Counted from the first letter of the stretch, positions 26,688 to 40,715 are shown. The stretch: DNA of 64,000 nucleotides from Octopus vulgaris (GCA_951406725.2 OX597822.1:8184001-8248000); one strand, 5' to 3'. Numbers and translations are program-made. The notes: a model not told the origin generated them from the letters alone.

Positions 26688-27445
26688 TGAGGTGCGATCA
26701 TATCTTGAAAATATAGTTTCCTTGAATATTTACGAGCTTTATTAGTGTTAGCTTACAGACATGATTTTAATTTCACCTGAATTGCTTTTTGAGACATATA
26801 TTGTGCTGATCGTATCTGATGTTCATTACTTACATCCTTATCTCTTCCTACTCCTCTCTTACTCATCTCGCATCCCTCCTCATAACATCTTCACCACCAA
26901 CTAACAGTCCTTTTTTCACTTTTGTCACATCTTCACTTTTTCATTTTTTACTTTTTCACTTTTTTCTCTTTCACTCATTTTTTCATATTTTCTATTTTCA
27001 TTTTCTCTTCCTCCTTTTTTCCTTCCTCCTTTCTCACCTTCTCATTTTGACATCTGTCATCATTTTAACATGCACATCTCTTCTCCCCTTTCTATCCACT
27101 TAATACAACCACTACATTCTCAAAATTTCATTCACAAGACACCTTTGAATGAACAGCACATGGAATCTGCGTCTCCACGCTTTCCATTTCTAATGACAAA
27201 ATATAAACTCCATTTGGAATTTACATAGCACGGACAAGAAGCATTTCTACCACTTCTACATACTCTTATTTCCTCCCTTTTCCAAAATAACTCCTTATAC
27301 TGAACTCTAATATTTCCCTCTATTTAACCATATAACATTGTCTGATTAAATGAGATCCCTAATAACAGCTGTAAGACTAACTTTCTCTTTATAAATGTCC
27401 TGAAAATTCCACACAGCCTTGGTCTTGCCTCATTTTATTTAACAC
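26688..27445. mobile_element. putative non-autonomous element with degenerate inverted ends and a pyrimidine-rich interior
   Basis: GTTAGCTTACAGACATG (~26747) is roughly inverted to CAGCTGTAAGACTAAC (~27366); TGAGG...CCTCA termini; microsatellite flanks. Confidence 0.35.
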
Positions 27446-27461
27446 ACACGCATATATATAA

Positions 27462-27552
<91 letters not shown>

Positions 27553-27584
27553 TATATACATATATGCATATATACATATATATA

Positions 27585-27851
27585 CTAGCAGTATCGCCCG
27601 GCGTAGCGGTTTGTTTAGACCCTTTAGAATTGACATTTTTGAAAAGTAAAAATTTGGCAGTATGTAGCTTGTTATACTCTTTAAGTGAAATACACCGAAA
27701 AAAAATGGCAACACAACAGTCAAAACATCGTAAAAAATAGGGATTTTCATAGAAAAAGGCGCCTTTTTGAGGTAAATAATTTTTGCTGCTAACACGGTCC
27801 AATTTGAATTTATTCTACTACGCAAGGAAGAGTTAGCCTTCTTCTATCATA

Positions 27852-27915
<64 letters not shown>

Positions 27916-28292
27916 TACGAAAAAACCCTCCAGGCTACATCCCGAAAATTCATTTCTTTGCCGAATTTCTACAATGTTTACGGCGATTCGTTTTTATATC
28001 TCAATTTTTTTTTCATGCAATTTACGCATGGTTGCACACGTGGTGAACACAGTTCACGTCATACAGCTGACTGAGTAAAGTTCACTATTCAATGCATGGG
28101 ATAAGGCCTAAATAAACACATTATCGATTTTTGCACTTGCGAGATGAATTTCGGAACAGAAATAGCGCAGTTCAATTTTCATTCGCCTAAACTTTAAGTG
28201 ACCCATTATTTGTGCTTCTACGATTTGTTGGCTAGGAGGAGATGTGCCGGGAAGTTAAACACACAGACCCACACACAGACACACAAGTTGAG

Positions 28293-28295
<3 letters not shown>
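27585..28295 (-). mobile_element. non-autonomous Helitron interrupted by a (TA)n expansion
   Basis: The 3' end on the reverse strand, GCCGGGCGATACTGCTAG|T, is identical to the end of 44908-45424. The 5' end TATATAACTCAACTTGTGTGTCTG resembles that element's start. Confidence 0.75.
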
Positions 28296-28374
<79 letters not shown>

Positions 28375-29371
28375 TTACCCTTGTTTATATGAGTGTTTCA
28401 GTATGTTAGTAACTTCAATATTACTTCGATTGCTGCTTAATTGAAATCTCTTGATGATTGGACATCCTATATCACTTCTCTAATTACTTAAAGAAAACTG
28501 TACTTCAATGATGCCAAATCCACTCTATATCATGTTATGTCTGGAAAACTACCATAAATTGTAATAACCTTCTATTTAAGGGATAGATGTTCATGGTAGG
28601 CAATTTTATACCACATAACTCAATTGCAATTTCCCATCATAATTTAATTAAATCGTTTCTTAATTTGATTATTTATTAATTTGCAGCTTCGTCTAACTAG
28701 AGATCATTTACCACAACGGTTATTAATTTTTGTTTTTGGTTTCATATTCTGCGAATTATTATCATTTACGATATATTAAATATGTTTGAACAGGCATATA
28801 TTCATTCGATGAAGAAAGATGCCGTAGGCAAATGATGTTAGCTTAAACCTCATTCAATATCACGAACATGACACCAACAGGTAATCATTCAAACAATACG
28901 TTTCTTTTTATAACATAATTAAACACTAAAATGATACTCTGAACACACTCACGAACGGAAATTCACGTACGACTGTAGATGCGCAGATCTCTAAAAGCGT
29001 GTCCATTGTTAGCGAAACATTGTTCACTTGTTCACCATACGTAAATCTCCGTTGTTATCTGCACGAGGAATGTGCTTAAATATTTGTTACGTTACTGCTG
29101 CCGTAGAAACATTCTATTCCGATTTCCCAAAACACCGACCTAACCACAATTGCAGTGAATTTTATTTTGTTTCCTCTATTATTATGGCGGGCTTTGCTCC
29201 CTAATTTTCGTTGGAAACACGCCACCTACGGTCTAGTACATTTTCCTGTACCCATCTCGTCGTCCTTATGATGTTTAAGCTCATCATTGCATTCGAAATT
29301 ACGTCTAGTACTTTCGTTTCAGGAGACTGATCTTTCCATTTCCACTCATACACACACACATATATATATAT

Positions 29372-29485
29372 ATAATGGTATTTTTATAAACGCTTAAACA
29401 TTATACCATATCAGCCCATTTATTCGATTATTGTCATTGCAGGTTAACCGCCATAAAATTTAAGCTTATATAAAAATACCATTAT
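29372..29485. repeat. ~27-bp imperfect inverted repeat with ~60-bp spacer
   Basis: ATAATGGTATTTTTATAAACGCTTAAA vs TTTAAGCTTATATAAAAATACCATTAT. Confidence 0.65.
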
Positions 29486-29561
29486 TATTATTTACAGTAT
29501 TGTAAACTACAGCACCGTAATAAAAGAACCATATGCATAGAAATAGAAATATATACATACA

Positions 29562-29633
<72 letters not shown>

Positions 29634-29636
<3 letters not shown>

Positions 29637-30011
29637 TTGTGTCAGAAATTAATTAGCACTTCTCAAATTTCTACATTAAATAGGTTAAATTAATTAACCT
29701 ATGACCTGTTCAAAACGTCTTACGCGATGAGAAAACTTAGTATGGTGATTTCGGTCTTTGCAAGGCGCTACCTATATCTATTAAACAAAGGAAGATTCGT
29801 CTGCATCCGCACTCCAAGTTGTTGTTGCACTGCTGTGTCAACATCATAAGGCTGTAGACTCTCAAACTGCTCTGCAAACAAAGTTACGTCATCGTTCTGC
29901 GCAACAGTGAACTCGCAACAAAGCAATAGTTCGAGATATGGCCACTAGGTGACAGCACATACCTTGAGTGAAGAGCAAATCAAGGGTGCTAATTAATTTC
30001 TGACGGTAGTG
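29634..30011. mobile_element. Tc1-like MITE inserted in (TA)n
   Basis: TIRs CACTTGTGTCAGAAATTAATTAGCAC / GTGCTAATTAATTTCTGACGGTAGTG with TA flanks. Confidence 0.85.
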
Positions 30012-30034
30012 TATATATATATATATATATATAT

Positions 30035-30208
30035 AGTTAATCCAAACAAGAAAACACAAAAAAACACAGCAACGCGAGGACGTGGAACAAATAAAGTATT
30101 ATTGGACGCTCAGAAAGAAGGGAAGAAGGAGGGTTTAACGTTTCGAGTGGAGCTCTTCGTCGGAAACAAAGGAGAAGGAAAGATCCCGAGAAGGGAAGAC
30201 AGAGGAAA
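30035..30208 (-). mobile_element. Penelope-derived terminal fragment with a CCGACGA HHR-like motif (30133-30167)
   Basis: Homologous to 12530-12710; GUUU-CCGACGA-A-GAGCUCCACUC-GAAA-CG-UU-AAAC. Confidence 0.65.
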
Positions 30209-30227
30209 TATATATATATATATATAT

Positions 30228-31290
30228 ATAATTAAGGGTTTAGCAGCAAGTTGCTTTACCACATACCGAAAACTTAGAAACAACAGCCAAAATGACAGCT
30301 AATTCTGTTCATTGCAAATATGACTCCACAGACAACAGTATTTGTAACTCAGATTGGCTAAATGAAAATTCATAATTCTCGAAATATTATGTTGATAAAG
30401 GAAATGAATTTGTATAATTCTAATCCAGAAATGCGTCCATTAGTAATCGAAGACTGTTTGATTTCGTTATTTTTTCATGTTCTTGCCTATGTGAGTTACA
30501 AATATTGTTGTCTGTGGAGTCATATTGGTAGTGAAAAGAATCAGCAGTCTTATTGGCTGCTGTTTCTAAATTTTCGGTATGTGGTGAAGCAACTTGTTGC
30601 TTAACCCTTAATTATATTTATAATTTTATATAAAAACACTTTTGTAAAAGAATTACCGATAATGGTTTTTTTCCATACCGAAAGTACATGGTAAAATTTA
30701 TTAATTATTAAATTGATAATTCTTTACTCTATATCTGTAATGATCGTTTCGCTTCCTGATAACAAACTGCAGTTTTCTTTCTGCGGTTCTATCTTGTGAC
30801 GCACATGGTAATCTCGGAGTGAATATAGGAATTCATTCGTCTATATAAATTAGGATATGCTGACTATCTTGTGTTAAATGCAAAGGGTAGGGTTTTTTTA
30901 GCATTTTCAAATTTATAATACCCGAAATATTATGTTGATAAAGGAAATGAATTTGTATAATTCTAATCCAGAAATGTGTCCATTAGTAATCGAAGACTGT
31001 TTGATTTCGTAATTTTTTCTCGTTCTTGCCTATGTGAGTTACACATATTGTTGTCTGTGGAGTCATATTTGTAGTGAAAAGAATCAGCAGTCTTATTGGC
31101 TGCTGTTTTTAAAGTTTCGGTCTGTGGTGGAGCAACTTGTTGCTAAACCCTTTATTATATTTATAATTATATATATATATAAAAACAAAAACTTTTTTGT
31201 AAAAGATTTTACCGATAGTGTTTTTTTTCCATAACGAAAATTCTTGGTAAAATCTATTAATTATTAAATTGATAATTATTTACCCTATAT
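30228..31290 (+). mobile_element. Penelope-like non-coding element: inverted segment plus ~355-bp direct repeats (period 543 bp)
   Basis: 30380-30735 is repeated at 30923-31290; 30228-30360 is a diverged reverse complement of 30485-30615; TA-rich flanks. Confidence 0.75.
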
Positions 31291-31349
31291 TTATATATTT
31301 ATATATATATATATAAATATACGTGTATATATATACATGTATAAATGTG

Positions 31350-31432
<83 letters not shown>

Positions 31433-32122
31433 ATGTATAAATATATACATCTATATATACACACACACATATCTACATATATACATGTATATATATATAT
31501 ATGTACGCATACTTATATACATGTATACACACACACACACATATACATATGTCTGTGTGTGTGTGTGTGTGTTTATATATTTGTGTATATATGCATCTGT
31601 ACATTTTTTCTTGCTGATATATATTTTGTATGCGTTAAATTACAGAAAATGTTACTTCTTTTCGAGCCTTTATCAATTATATGTTTACCGACAAGTAACA
31701 CATTGATATATGTCTCACAATATTTGATATACCGTCATACCTGTATAATATCAATCAATCGATTTTCTATTCATCATTTACGATGGCTCGACGCTTACAT
31801 TGTTTACAGTACCCAAATATATGCTTTTTTTTTTCATTCCATGCTTGTAATTAAGTATTGAAATACATTTATAGTTTATAATTCTCTAGAGAATAGGGAA
31901 AATATCATTAATAATACATATATTCCCAGTCCTCATAGATATTCAAAGTATCAAGAAAAAACTTTTTGTTGTAAAGGCATCTAGTATAATTGATTTGCAG
32001 GCTTAGAATTTAAATCTACGTGCACAATGATGTAAATTATATATATTTGCATTAGTATACTCTATTAAACATATAAATTTAGGCATGTTCGTTATACACC
32101 TATATTTAAATGAATACATACA

Positions 32123-32455
32123 TTGTGGTTAGGGCAGCGGACTCGCGGTCATAGGATCGCGGTTTCGATTCCCAGACCGGGCGTTGTGAGTGTTTATTGA
32201 GCGAAAACACCTATATGCTCCACGAGGCTCCGGCAGGGGATGGTGGTGATCCCTGCTGTACTCTTTCACCACAACTTTCTCTCACTCTTACTTCCTGCTT
32301 CTGTTGTACCTATACTTCAAGGGGGCGGCCTTGTCACTCTCTGTGTCACGCTGAATATCCCCGAGAACTACGGTAAGGGTACACGTGTCTGTGGAGTGCT
32401 CAGCCACTTACACGTTAATTTCACGAGCAGGCTGTAACCGACGAAGTGCTTCCAA
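32123..32455 (+). mobile_element. tRNA-derived SINE, family B
   Basis: GTGGTTAGGGCAGCGGACTCGCGGTCATAGGATCGCGGTTTCGATTCCC tRNA-like head; homologous to 4140-4508. Confidence 0.88.
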
Positions 32456-32744
32456 AAGCATTGTGTGTATATGAGTGCGCGTATAACATTGACACTGCGT
32501 CTGGGTTAAAATCATCAGATCATTACTTTTTTGTGCGACAACATCCAACATACTTGAATGTAATGCTTATAGCATTCCAATAGCTCTATAAACAATGCTC
32601 TTTTTAATAACATTCTGCTTAAGGGACAAGGATAATTAAGTTTGGAACGAAAACCCTTTGCTTTGATGAATAGGTATGAAATGTATGAGGAAATGTTACT
32701 TCACTTTGTACCTACCGCAGGGTCGTCTTTCAGGTGCATTTTAG

Positions 32745-32950
32745 ATATCCTCCGCCATCATCATTACAAGAACTAGAGACTGTTTTAGCTGAAGAATGGA
32801 CCAACATTCCTTTAGAAACAATTCAAACTGTGTATGAGTCCATACCTCGTAGAATTCAGGCTGCAATTACTGCCAAAAGCTGTCCTACCCCATATTATAA
32901 TAGATTTGCTTGAAATTTTAAGGTGTTTCCATTATTTTGTCCAATCCCTA
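32745..32950 (+). mobile_element. Tc1 transposase C-terminus and right end
   Basis: Translates to PPPSSLQELETVLAEEWTNIPLETIQTVYESIPRRIQAAITAKSCPTPY (Tc1 pattern W..I....I..L..S.PRR..A.I.A.G..T.Y), followed by TIR-like TTATTTTGTCCAATCCCTA. Confidence 0.85.
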
Positions 32951-32971
32951 TACATACATACATATACAAAT

Positions 32972-33035
<64 letters not shown>

Positions 33036-33849
33036 TCATAGACACGTATTCATTTCATCACAAAATCTCAAAAAATGTTTTTGTTTATAAATATGTTTCG
33101 ACATTTATCCGGCAAGAAATTTGAATGCAATATCAAACGTAGTCAGAACTAAAATATCCCAAGCACAAACTATACAGATACTATGAACTACTTAAAGGAG
33201 ACAGCCCTGTGTTATATTGTGGAAATCCTGTCATCATTCTTGGTAGCTTTTTAAGATGACATATCTAAGATTATATTCAACAGGATATCCAATGGCTTTG
33301 TAAACATTAATGCCATTCAATGAATCTGAATTCATAAATCGCATAAAAAGAATGAATGTGAATATTTTAAATAATAACTTTTTTTGTTTCAATTAAAAAA
33401 CAAAATCCTTTTACTCTCATACGCAGGTAAGTGTTTTAAAACTATTTTTGAAAGAATAAGAATCACTCTGAGTCATAATTGCTCTCTCATTCTCTCTCTC
33501 TCTGCCTCCCTCTCTCTCTCTCTCTCTCTCCTTTTCCCTTCCTCCCTCTCTCTCATAGTCTGTCTTCTGATGAAATAGTGAAAAGAACTGACGATCGGAT
33601 TGAAAAGTCGGCGGTTTTATATCAGTTTATCCAAAACATTTTTTTTTTTTGGAATACAGTTGTTCGGAAACATACGATCAATTTCATATTTGTTTCAAAT
33701 TAAAAATGCGGGAAACAGTTTGATGGCATAATATTTGTCTTTTATCATCGTTTGTATTATATCAATTACAGAAATGTGACAATTCAGGGGAAATGCCTTG
33801 ACAGGATTGGAAGACTTGCGTTTTAAACGTTGCACTTATGTTCTCGCGC

Positions 33850-34120
33850 CTTCTTGCCAAACCTAAAGTAACGGTGACGTAAAAATGTAACACCGGTTGT
33901 CAAGTAGTGGAGTGGGCCAACACAAAGACACACGTACATAGACACACATATAAAAAGATGCTTATGCAATGTGTTTTCATTCAATATCCGTGTATCAAAT
34001 CTACTGACAAGGCTTCAATCGGTTCGGAGATAAAGAAGGCACCTGGCATCTCACGTATGGAGAATGAATCTAAATCAAAGTGGTTAGGATACAAACATGT
34101 TAATACACCTCCACGCATAC
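33850..34120 (-). mobile_element. degraded SINE family C
   Basis: GCCAAACCTAAAGTAACGGTGACGTAAAAATGTAACACCGGTTGTCAAG...AAATCTACTGACAAGGCTT parallels 49070-49260. Confidence 0.6.
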
Positions 34121-34845
34121 CCTTTTATGAGGTTGCACTAAAATACAATTTTGTGCCAAATTCTTATATATGTTTGACTGTGTATTGTATTTATTTTTAC
34201 AGACAGAAAAACCAATGGCATTTTGGATAATTTTCTTTCACTAATGGTGCACTCCTGCACCGCACACACGGAAATTCTTGGTGTGTGGTTCATAGTATGA
34301 ACGTAAAACTCTTTTCATACATTACACTCACAATTAAACATAGACGCCTACATTTTTCTAAGTCATGGAAGCTTGACGAAATTTACAAATGTGCAAATTT
34401 AAACATGGTAATAAAAATACGTACTCTTCTGACAGTGAATCATAAACTTATGAATCTAGTCTGTGTATATAATTTATCCGTTTATGATGTCGCAAATTAA
34501 AGAAGCTAATTATAGCGTCAGAATCACGGCATACATTTGATGTCTGAAATGTATGTTGTAATACTTCACGCTGTTAAATTCGTCGGGTTTTGTCATATAC
34601 AATACGAAAGTAATATGTTTCATTTTGAATTTACTTATATAATCACACAATTTTTCATAACGGTACCCGAATGAAACATGTAAGAATTGTTGTAGACTTA
34701 ATAATATACAAATCGACTTCATTTTGAGACTTGCTGTACAATAATAACGAGGATAATACCAATAATCAATAACAAACAGCAGTAGAACAATGATGAAATG
34801 TATAAATTGACAATAATGAAATGTATAAATTGACAATAATAATTG

Positions 34846-35045
34846 TTATGATGGTGTTGGTGATGATGATGATGATGATGATGATGATGCTGATGATGAT
34901 GATGATGATGGTGATGATCATGATCATGATGATCATGATCATAATGGTGGTGGTGGTTTTGGTGGTGTGGTGATGGTGGTGATGGCGGCGACGACGACGT
35001 TCACGATGGTGATGATGATGACGATGACGATGAGGACGAAGAAGA
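34846..35045. repeat. (GAT/GGT/GAC)n trinucleotide mosaic
   Basis: Visible repeats; source of the poly-H and poly-I ORF. Confidence 0.92.
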
Positions 35046-38000
35046 CAACAATGCTGATAATTCTTGTATTGGCCACTAACCTCCAACTTATAGAGCACGA
35101 TACACATTTTCCTTTCTCTCATCTCCATCGCAGCTAGCCACACATTTCTACGTGTGCATCTGTATCCGTGCGTACTTGCGCATGTTCAACGATAGCATTC
35201 CGAGAAAACAAGCGTGTAGGTGTTGGAAGCAGACAACTTTCCTGCCTAGTGGATACTTAGAGAAAAGCAAACAACCGCTCCAGCCAAGCCAAATGTTCTT
35301 TAGAACGAGTCATGACGTTTAGGCATTAGCTCATGATCGAAATGATGTAGACATTATCCAAATGTAGCCGACATTCCAGGAACAAATCTATCATGGCTCG
35401 ACTCTTCTGGGTGAATCTTTCTACTGAACATAAAAACTTTCCCAATTCATGTACTAGCAGATAAGGTGAAAACGAAATAACAATTACTTTAATGGGAAGT
35501 TCACCACACCATCACAAATTATTGATGGCTCATATGCACTTACTTCTCCATGTGACGAGTTGCGAGGCCACAGATGTATTCTGGTACTCTTTAAACATCC
35601 TGTGGACTACCTCTATATTCGAAGTGCCTGGCATCATGACAGTGGCATCATCTATCTATGCAGACTCGGTAAACCTGCGGCGAAATGGGTTTCGTAGTTT
35701 CTCACATCTACAGCAAACTTCAAGACGAATAATATGAGCAACCTTTCTCAACCAAGAGTTCGGTACCATGTGGTATCGGTATTTGATCGTTTAATTTGAT
35801 CAGCAAACTGATGCTAGTGTACAATTTAGCAATCAACTGCTGAGATAGAATTCCGAATTGGCTACTCTTAGTATAGTCCTTGGTAGCAATGGTGGACTCT
35901 CTTAAAAGCTTTGGATTGACAAAAATTGACCGGTACCCACCAGAAAAAAGATCTGTTCATGACATGCTCTACTATATATCACAAGAAGTGGAGAATGGTG
36001 TGGATGGTGCAGCCGGTAATCGAACAATTATGTGTATCACCCACTACATTTGTGACGACAATGGTGTGTTACCTGCGGAAATCTTGTTTTTTAACTCTGA
36101 AATTAAGCAGAGAAACTTGCCTGCATTGGGCTTGTTTTAGCAGCGTTAAATTACCAGCTGGCGGGAACAGGGCATTCTGAGAATTTTTCTGCAACCCTCA
36201 AAGTTGAAATGTATATCTGTTACTTCACTTCGCGCTCTGAACTCAGCTTTCTGTAGTATTCAAACCCACTTCAATACTTCTTTTAATCGAGTAAATAGTT
36301 TCTTTTCTATCTGTTGTTATTTACCTCCGAGTAACACGTAAGTCTCAACTCTATTTACTGAAAACCAGCATTTTATTGATCATAGTTGCTGCACCATCAA
36401 AGAAAACTTTCGAACCCATCTTTGAACAAATATTATTTCGGAGTTGCCACAAAGCGTCCTTTCTTGTTGCTCTCCATTGAAAGGTACGTTTAAATATTTC
36501 ACTGTTACCAAAATTGATGAATTAATCTTCTTTCATTCATATTACATCAAGCATGATTATGCTTACTCATTTAATATTTTATTGTTTTCTTAGAACATTT
36601 TATTGTTTTCTCAGCAACATTGAAAAGGAAATATTCTAAAACACAAATACATACAAAAGCAATCAAAAAATTATACATATGAAAAATATCTTTTTCACAA
36701 CACACATAGACTATGTATGGACATATTGAAATCAAAACTACCCTTTTCTACAGTTAGCATAAGACTCGAACATTTTAGGGAGGGGACCAGTTTTGAAAGA
36801 GGAAACTGAAACCATGAAACACGTTCAGGTCTGATTATAGTAATGCCCTTATAACTGGCGTGGACCAAATTAGAGAATATAATGCGATGTTCAGCTTCAA
36901 AGATATTAGGAATGAAGTGGATATTTTCATTGAAGTCATCTTCGCAGCCGTGCACAGAGAGTACTCACAACACTTGGCCTTATAAAAAGAGAAATACTTT
37001 TTAATATTATTGTTGAGCCGGGACTCGGTGTTTCGTATACGAAATCTCAAGAACTTCTCTTATGGAGAGTTATAGTAAAAGAAAGTTAATACTGAAGCTT
37101 TGTAATCCAGTAATGATCACCTTTCAAAAGAAGTTTTCTGAGTACCCATCCATATATAAAAGTGTTGATCATAATTTAATCGACACCCACAATACTTTGG
37201 TGAATATTATACGCTATATTTAGTTTAGTTGCAATTCATCTTACATCCACTTTAATGGGTTCTTTAACGCGTCTTCAGATAGGTTGTGATGTTTTGGGAT
37301 TAGGGATTGAGTTATGTATTATCATTATCAATATTACGAATGATTTCCCTCTGCCCATGCTAAATAGGGTGCACACTAATAAATGATTAAAGTATGATGC
37401 ATTCAACATTTATTAGAAGCAGTAAGTTTCGAAGTTCCCAACTGGCAAATAAATTCTTAATGACTACATGTTACATTTAAGATTTGTTACATGAAGAATG
37501 TTTCTGAGTATCCGCCTAGCAAACAGCCGAGATTGCATCCTAAATAAGCAGAGAAATATCGATATTACCTTTGGAACAATACATCATTGTCAATCGCAGT
37601 ACTACATTTCTGTGAAAAAGCGAATAGATTTCCTTGAGGAGGAACCGAAAATGAAAGAAATCAATATTTCAAAAGACAAGTGGAGAAAATCAGGGTGCAT
37701 ATTCAAGAGGAGCACATGCTTACATATCTCAAGGCGTTAGAGACACGATGCCCTACTGATTTTAAGTAATCCACTTCATTCGAGAAATTTGCGCAGCGTG
37801 AACTGGGATAAATTTCCGATGCATTATTCTAAACGTAACTATGACCACTAATTAGTATGTCATTCACATTTAATCCGTTCCTAAGCACTAGTAACTTTAG
37901 AATCTGTGAAGGAAAATTTCAGATGAAATTTAAACTAGTAATTAGATAGTCGCTGTGAGATATGTTCACGGGCAGCTAGAATGAGGTTTACACTCTGACT

Positions 38001-38719
38001 TTTAAAAATTATGTAAGAAAGTTGTAAGGAGAGCAATACAATTGGCCAGCGACCATCAACTAAAATAAGTTTGGAAAAAGTGATGAATTTATAATTAATG
38101 ATGGAAGAGATGTTTGAACTCACCCAGTACACGAAACCGGAAATCTCTTAGACATAACTCAAAAATAGGGACAGCATTAGCACTTCACATTAGATTTCAT
38201 AACGATGAAAATTAAATAGCATAAAATATAGTCACACATTAGAGATAATAGAATAAACTCATCAACAAAATATAATATAAATTTATGTATACAGTATATA
38301 GAATATATACAACTTTAATGCGATGTTTACAAATTTATCCTTAAATATTCTCTATGCAATAAAGAATACAATAAGTTTAACCATAAACTCCCGCATAGTG
38401 ACGCTTACTTTCCTGCAAACCAATCACTAGTGCTTTGCATACATTACAAACGTACAAGAAATATTAATCATATTCAAATTAAATTAAAATCAAACGCACA
38501 GACGCACCGGCATTATTACACAAATTAGACGAGACAAGAAAATATAAACACATTCCAGGACTATAAGGGGAGAGTTACATTACTACAATGAAATGCTATA
38601 TACGTCTTGATTGGTAAAGAACAGGGCATTAAGCCACATTCATTCGCACGCTGAAATATTCATATTGATGTTTATACAGACACTAAATCAAGTAAACAGA
38701 TAAAGGGTTTAAATATACA

Positions 38720-38755
<36 letters not shown>

Positions 38756-38958
38756 GTATATATATATACATAAAAGTAAATAAATGATACGACGAAGTAT
38801 CGATATTTACTGGAAAATAGCGAACGTAATAAATACGACGCTAATGTATAGCTTCACTGCGTATGTACTAGTAAAAATGCGTGTGTGCAACAAACATGAA
38901 AAAATTGTCTTACCTCTAGGAAGAACATCTGAAAAATGAAAAACCTAGATAACGGATA

Positions 38959-39031
38959 ATGCAGTACCGGTTTCGGATTTTTCAAAACACGAATGCCAAT
39001 CGTATAATTGATTTATCCTCTTCAGCTGCAT
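38959..39031 (-). ncRNA. minimal type I hammerhead ribozyme, GUA site
   Basis: AUGCAG-CUGAAGA-GGAU...AUCC-GAAA-CCGG-UA-CUGCAU: intact core, 6-bp stem I, 4-bp stem II, palindromic stem III ACCGGU. Confidence 0.8.
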
Positions 39032-39273
39032 AAACCTCAACAATATTTCAAATGTTGCCACATCTATACCATTACACTCGTCTGAACACCAAAATGTTAA
39101 CTTTTATGTATAATTTTACCCTCACGGGCTATTATTTACTGGAAAGCAATTCTCTCGTATTGCATTACTATCTTCATTGAAACTTCTTCACTGATCTCGC
39201 TCTGTTAACGTTTTGGCATTCAGACGAGTGTAATGGTATAGATGTGGCAACATTTGAAATATTGTTGAGGTTT

Positions 39274-39346
39274 ATGAAGCTGAAGAGGATAAATCAATTA
39301 TACGATTGGCATTCGTATTTTGAAAAATCCGAAACCGGTACTGCAT
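39274..39346 (+). ncRNA. minimal type I hammerhead ribozyme, GUA site (one stem I mismatch)
   Basis: AUGAAG-CUGAAGA-GGAU...AUCC-GAAA-CCGG-UA-CUGCAU. Confidence 0.72.
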
Positions 39347-39599
39347 TATCCGTTATCTAGGTTTTTCCTTTTTCTGATGTTCTTCCTAGAGGTAAGACAA
39401 TTTTTTCATGTTTGTTGCACACACGCATCTTTACTAGTACATACGCAGTGAAGCTATACATTAGCGTCGTATTTATTACGTTCGCTATTTTCCAGTAAAT
39501 ATCGATACTTCGTTGTATCATTTATTTACTTGTATGTATAATTTTACCCTCACGGGCTATTCTTTACTGGAAAGCAATACTCTCGTATTGCATTACTAT

Positions 39600-39604
<5 letters not shown>

Positions 39605-39660
<56 letters not shown>

Positions 39661-39841
39661 AATATATGGATAGATAGATAGGGACATAGATATATTATGT
39701 ATGTATGTACATATATATATATGTTTATATATATATACATTATGTATGTGTGTATATTTATATATATATACATATATATATATATATGTATGTATATATA
39801 TACATACAAATATATATTTATATGTATATATATATACATAC

Positions 39842-39916
<75 letters not shown>

Positions 39917-39925
39917 TGTGTGCAT
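39605..39925. repeat. compound (TA)n/(GA)n/(TG)n low-complexity tract
   Basis: Visible repeats. Confidence 0.9.
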
Positions 39926-40519
39926 GTATATTAGTAGAGCAAACTTACTTAGGTTACAAGGACTTAAAGAATTCGTGGTGAGAGGGTGTTTCAAATCCGC
40001 CAGCTCTTTCGAAGAGTTCGAAGTTACTTCTTAATGTTGCTAGTTGTAGTTCATTAAAATTTCACAGCCAGCATTGAAAGCAAACACACATCCATAAAAT
40101 CCTGAGCCTCCTTCATCAAGGTGGCATGATAAGTTTAAACGCATGCGATCATGATGCAGGAAAATCTACAAGTAGAATAGGTATAGTCACACATAATCTA
40201 TGCATATGTGCATGCATATATGTATGTATGTATGCATTTATGTATGTATGTATGTATGAATGTATCTATCGATGTATCTCTTAGTTTCTCTCTCCCCAAT
40301 TCTCTCCCTCTCTCTAGGCTTTATTACTGCATCACAACATATCTACATCTCCACACGCTTATTAGGTAACAGTTTTTTCATGTAATATTCGTATTATAAT
40401 GTTTAAGATTACTGCTAATATTTACGAATTTGAACCTTCCTTCTTAATTCCATATTAGTGTGAGTGCTTCATTATGCATCGCAATTAAGTGGCTGCTAGC
40501 CAGAATACTGTAAACAGTA

Positions 40520-40715
40520 GCGGGCAACAAATGTGGGTTGTGCGAGACGAAGACATAAGACGTGAACCACATTCTTGCCAATTGTGAGAGAATGTATTCC
40601 AGATATTATCTTCGTGAAGCATTATGAAATAGCCAGATGAGCCTGGGACAGGATAAGAAAGAAAACACCTACAGACACCAAAGAAAAAATATGTCATATT
40701 GTGGAAATCAAGTGT
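40520..40715 (+). pseudogene. R4/Dong-like non-LTR element CCHC zinc-knuckle remnant
   Basis: NKCGLCETKT*DVNHILANCERMYSRYYL..HYEIA fits CxxC-x7-H-x4-C followed by the RH motif region of RLE-type retrotransposons. Confidence 0.6.

Larger units (their letters stand above)
38765..39605. mobile_element. fold-back, HHR-bearing non-autonomous retroelement (Penelope-like or retrozyme-like)
   Basis: 337-bp inverted arms at 38765-39101 and 39204-39540; a 77-bp direct repeat at 39101-39177 and 39529-39605; (TA)n on both sides. Confidence 0.85.

Noticed and set aside
32123-32180. tRNA-like sequence (also at the other SINE heads)
   Set aside because: It continues into a repeated SINE body and has no complete cloverleaf, so it is not a tRNA gene.
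35300-37900. Complex-looking stretch with several short ORFs
   Set aside because: No motif I could assign confidently; possibly old TE debris. It needs BLASTX.
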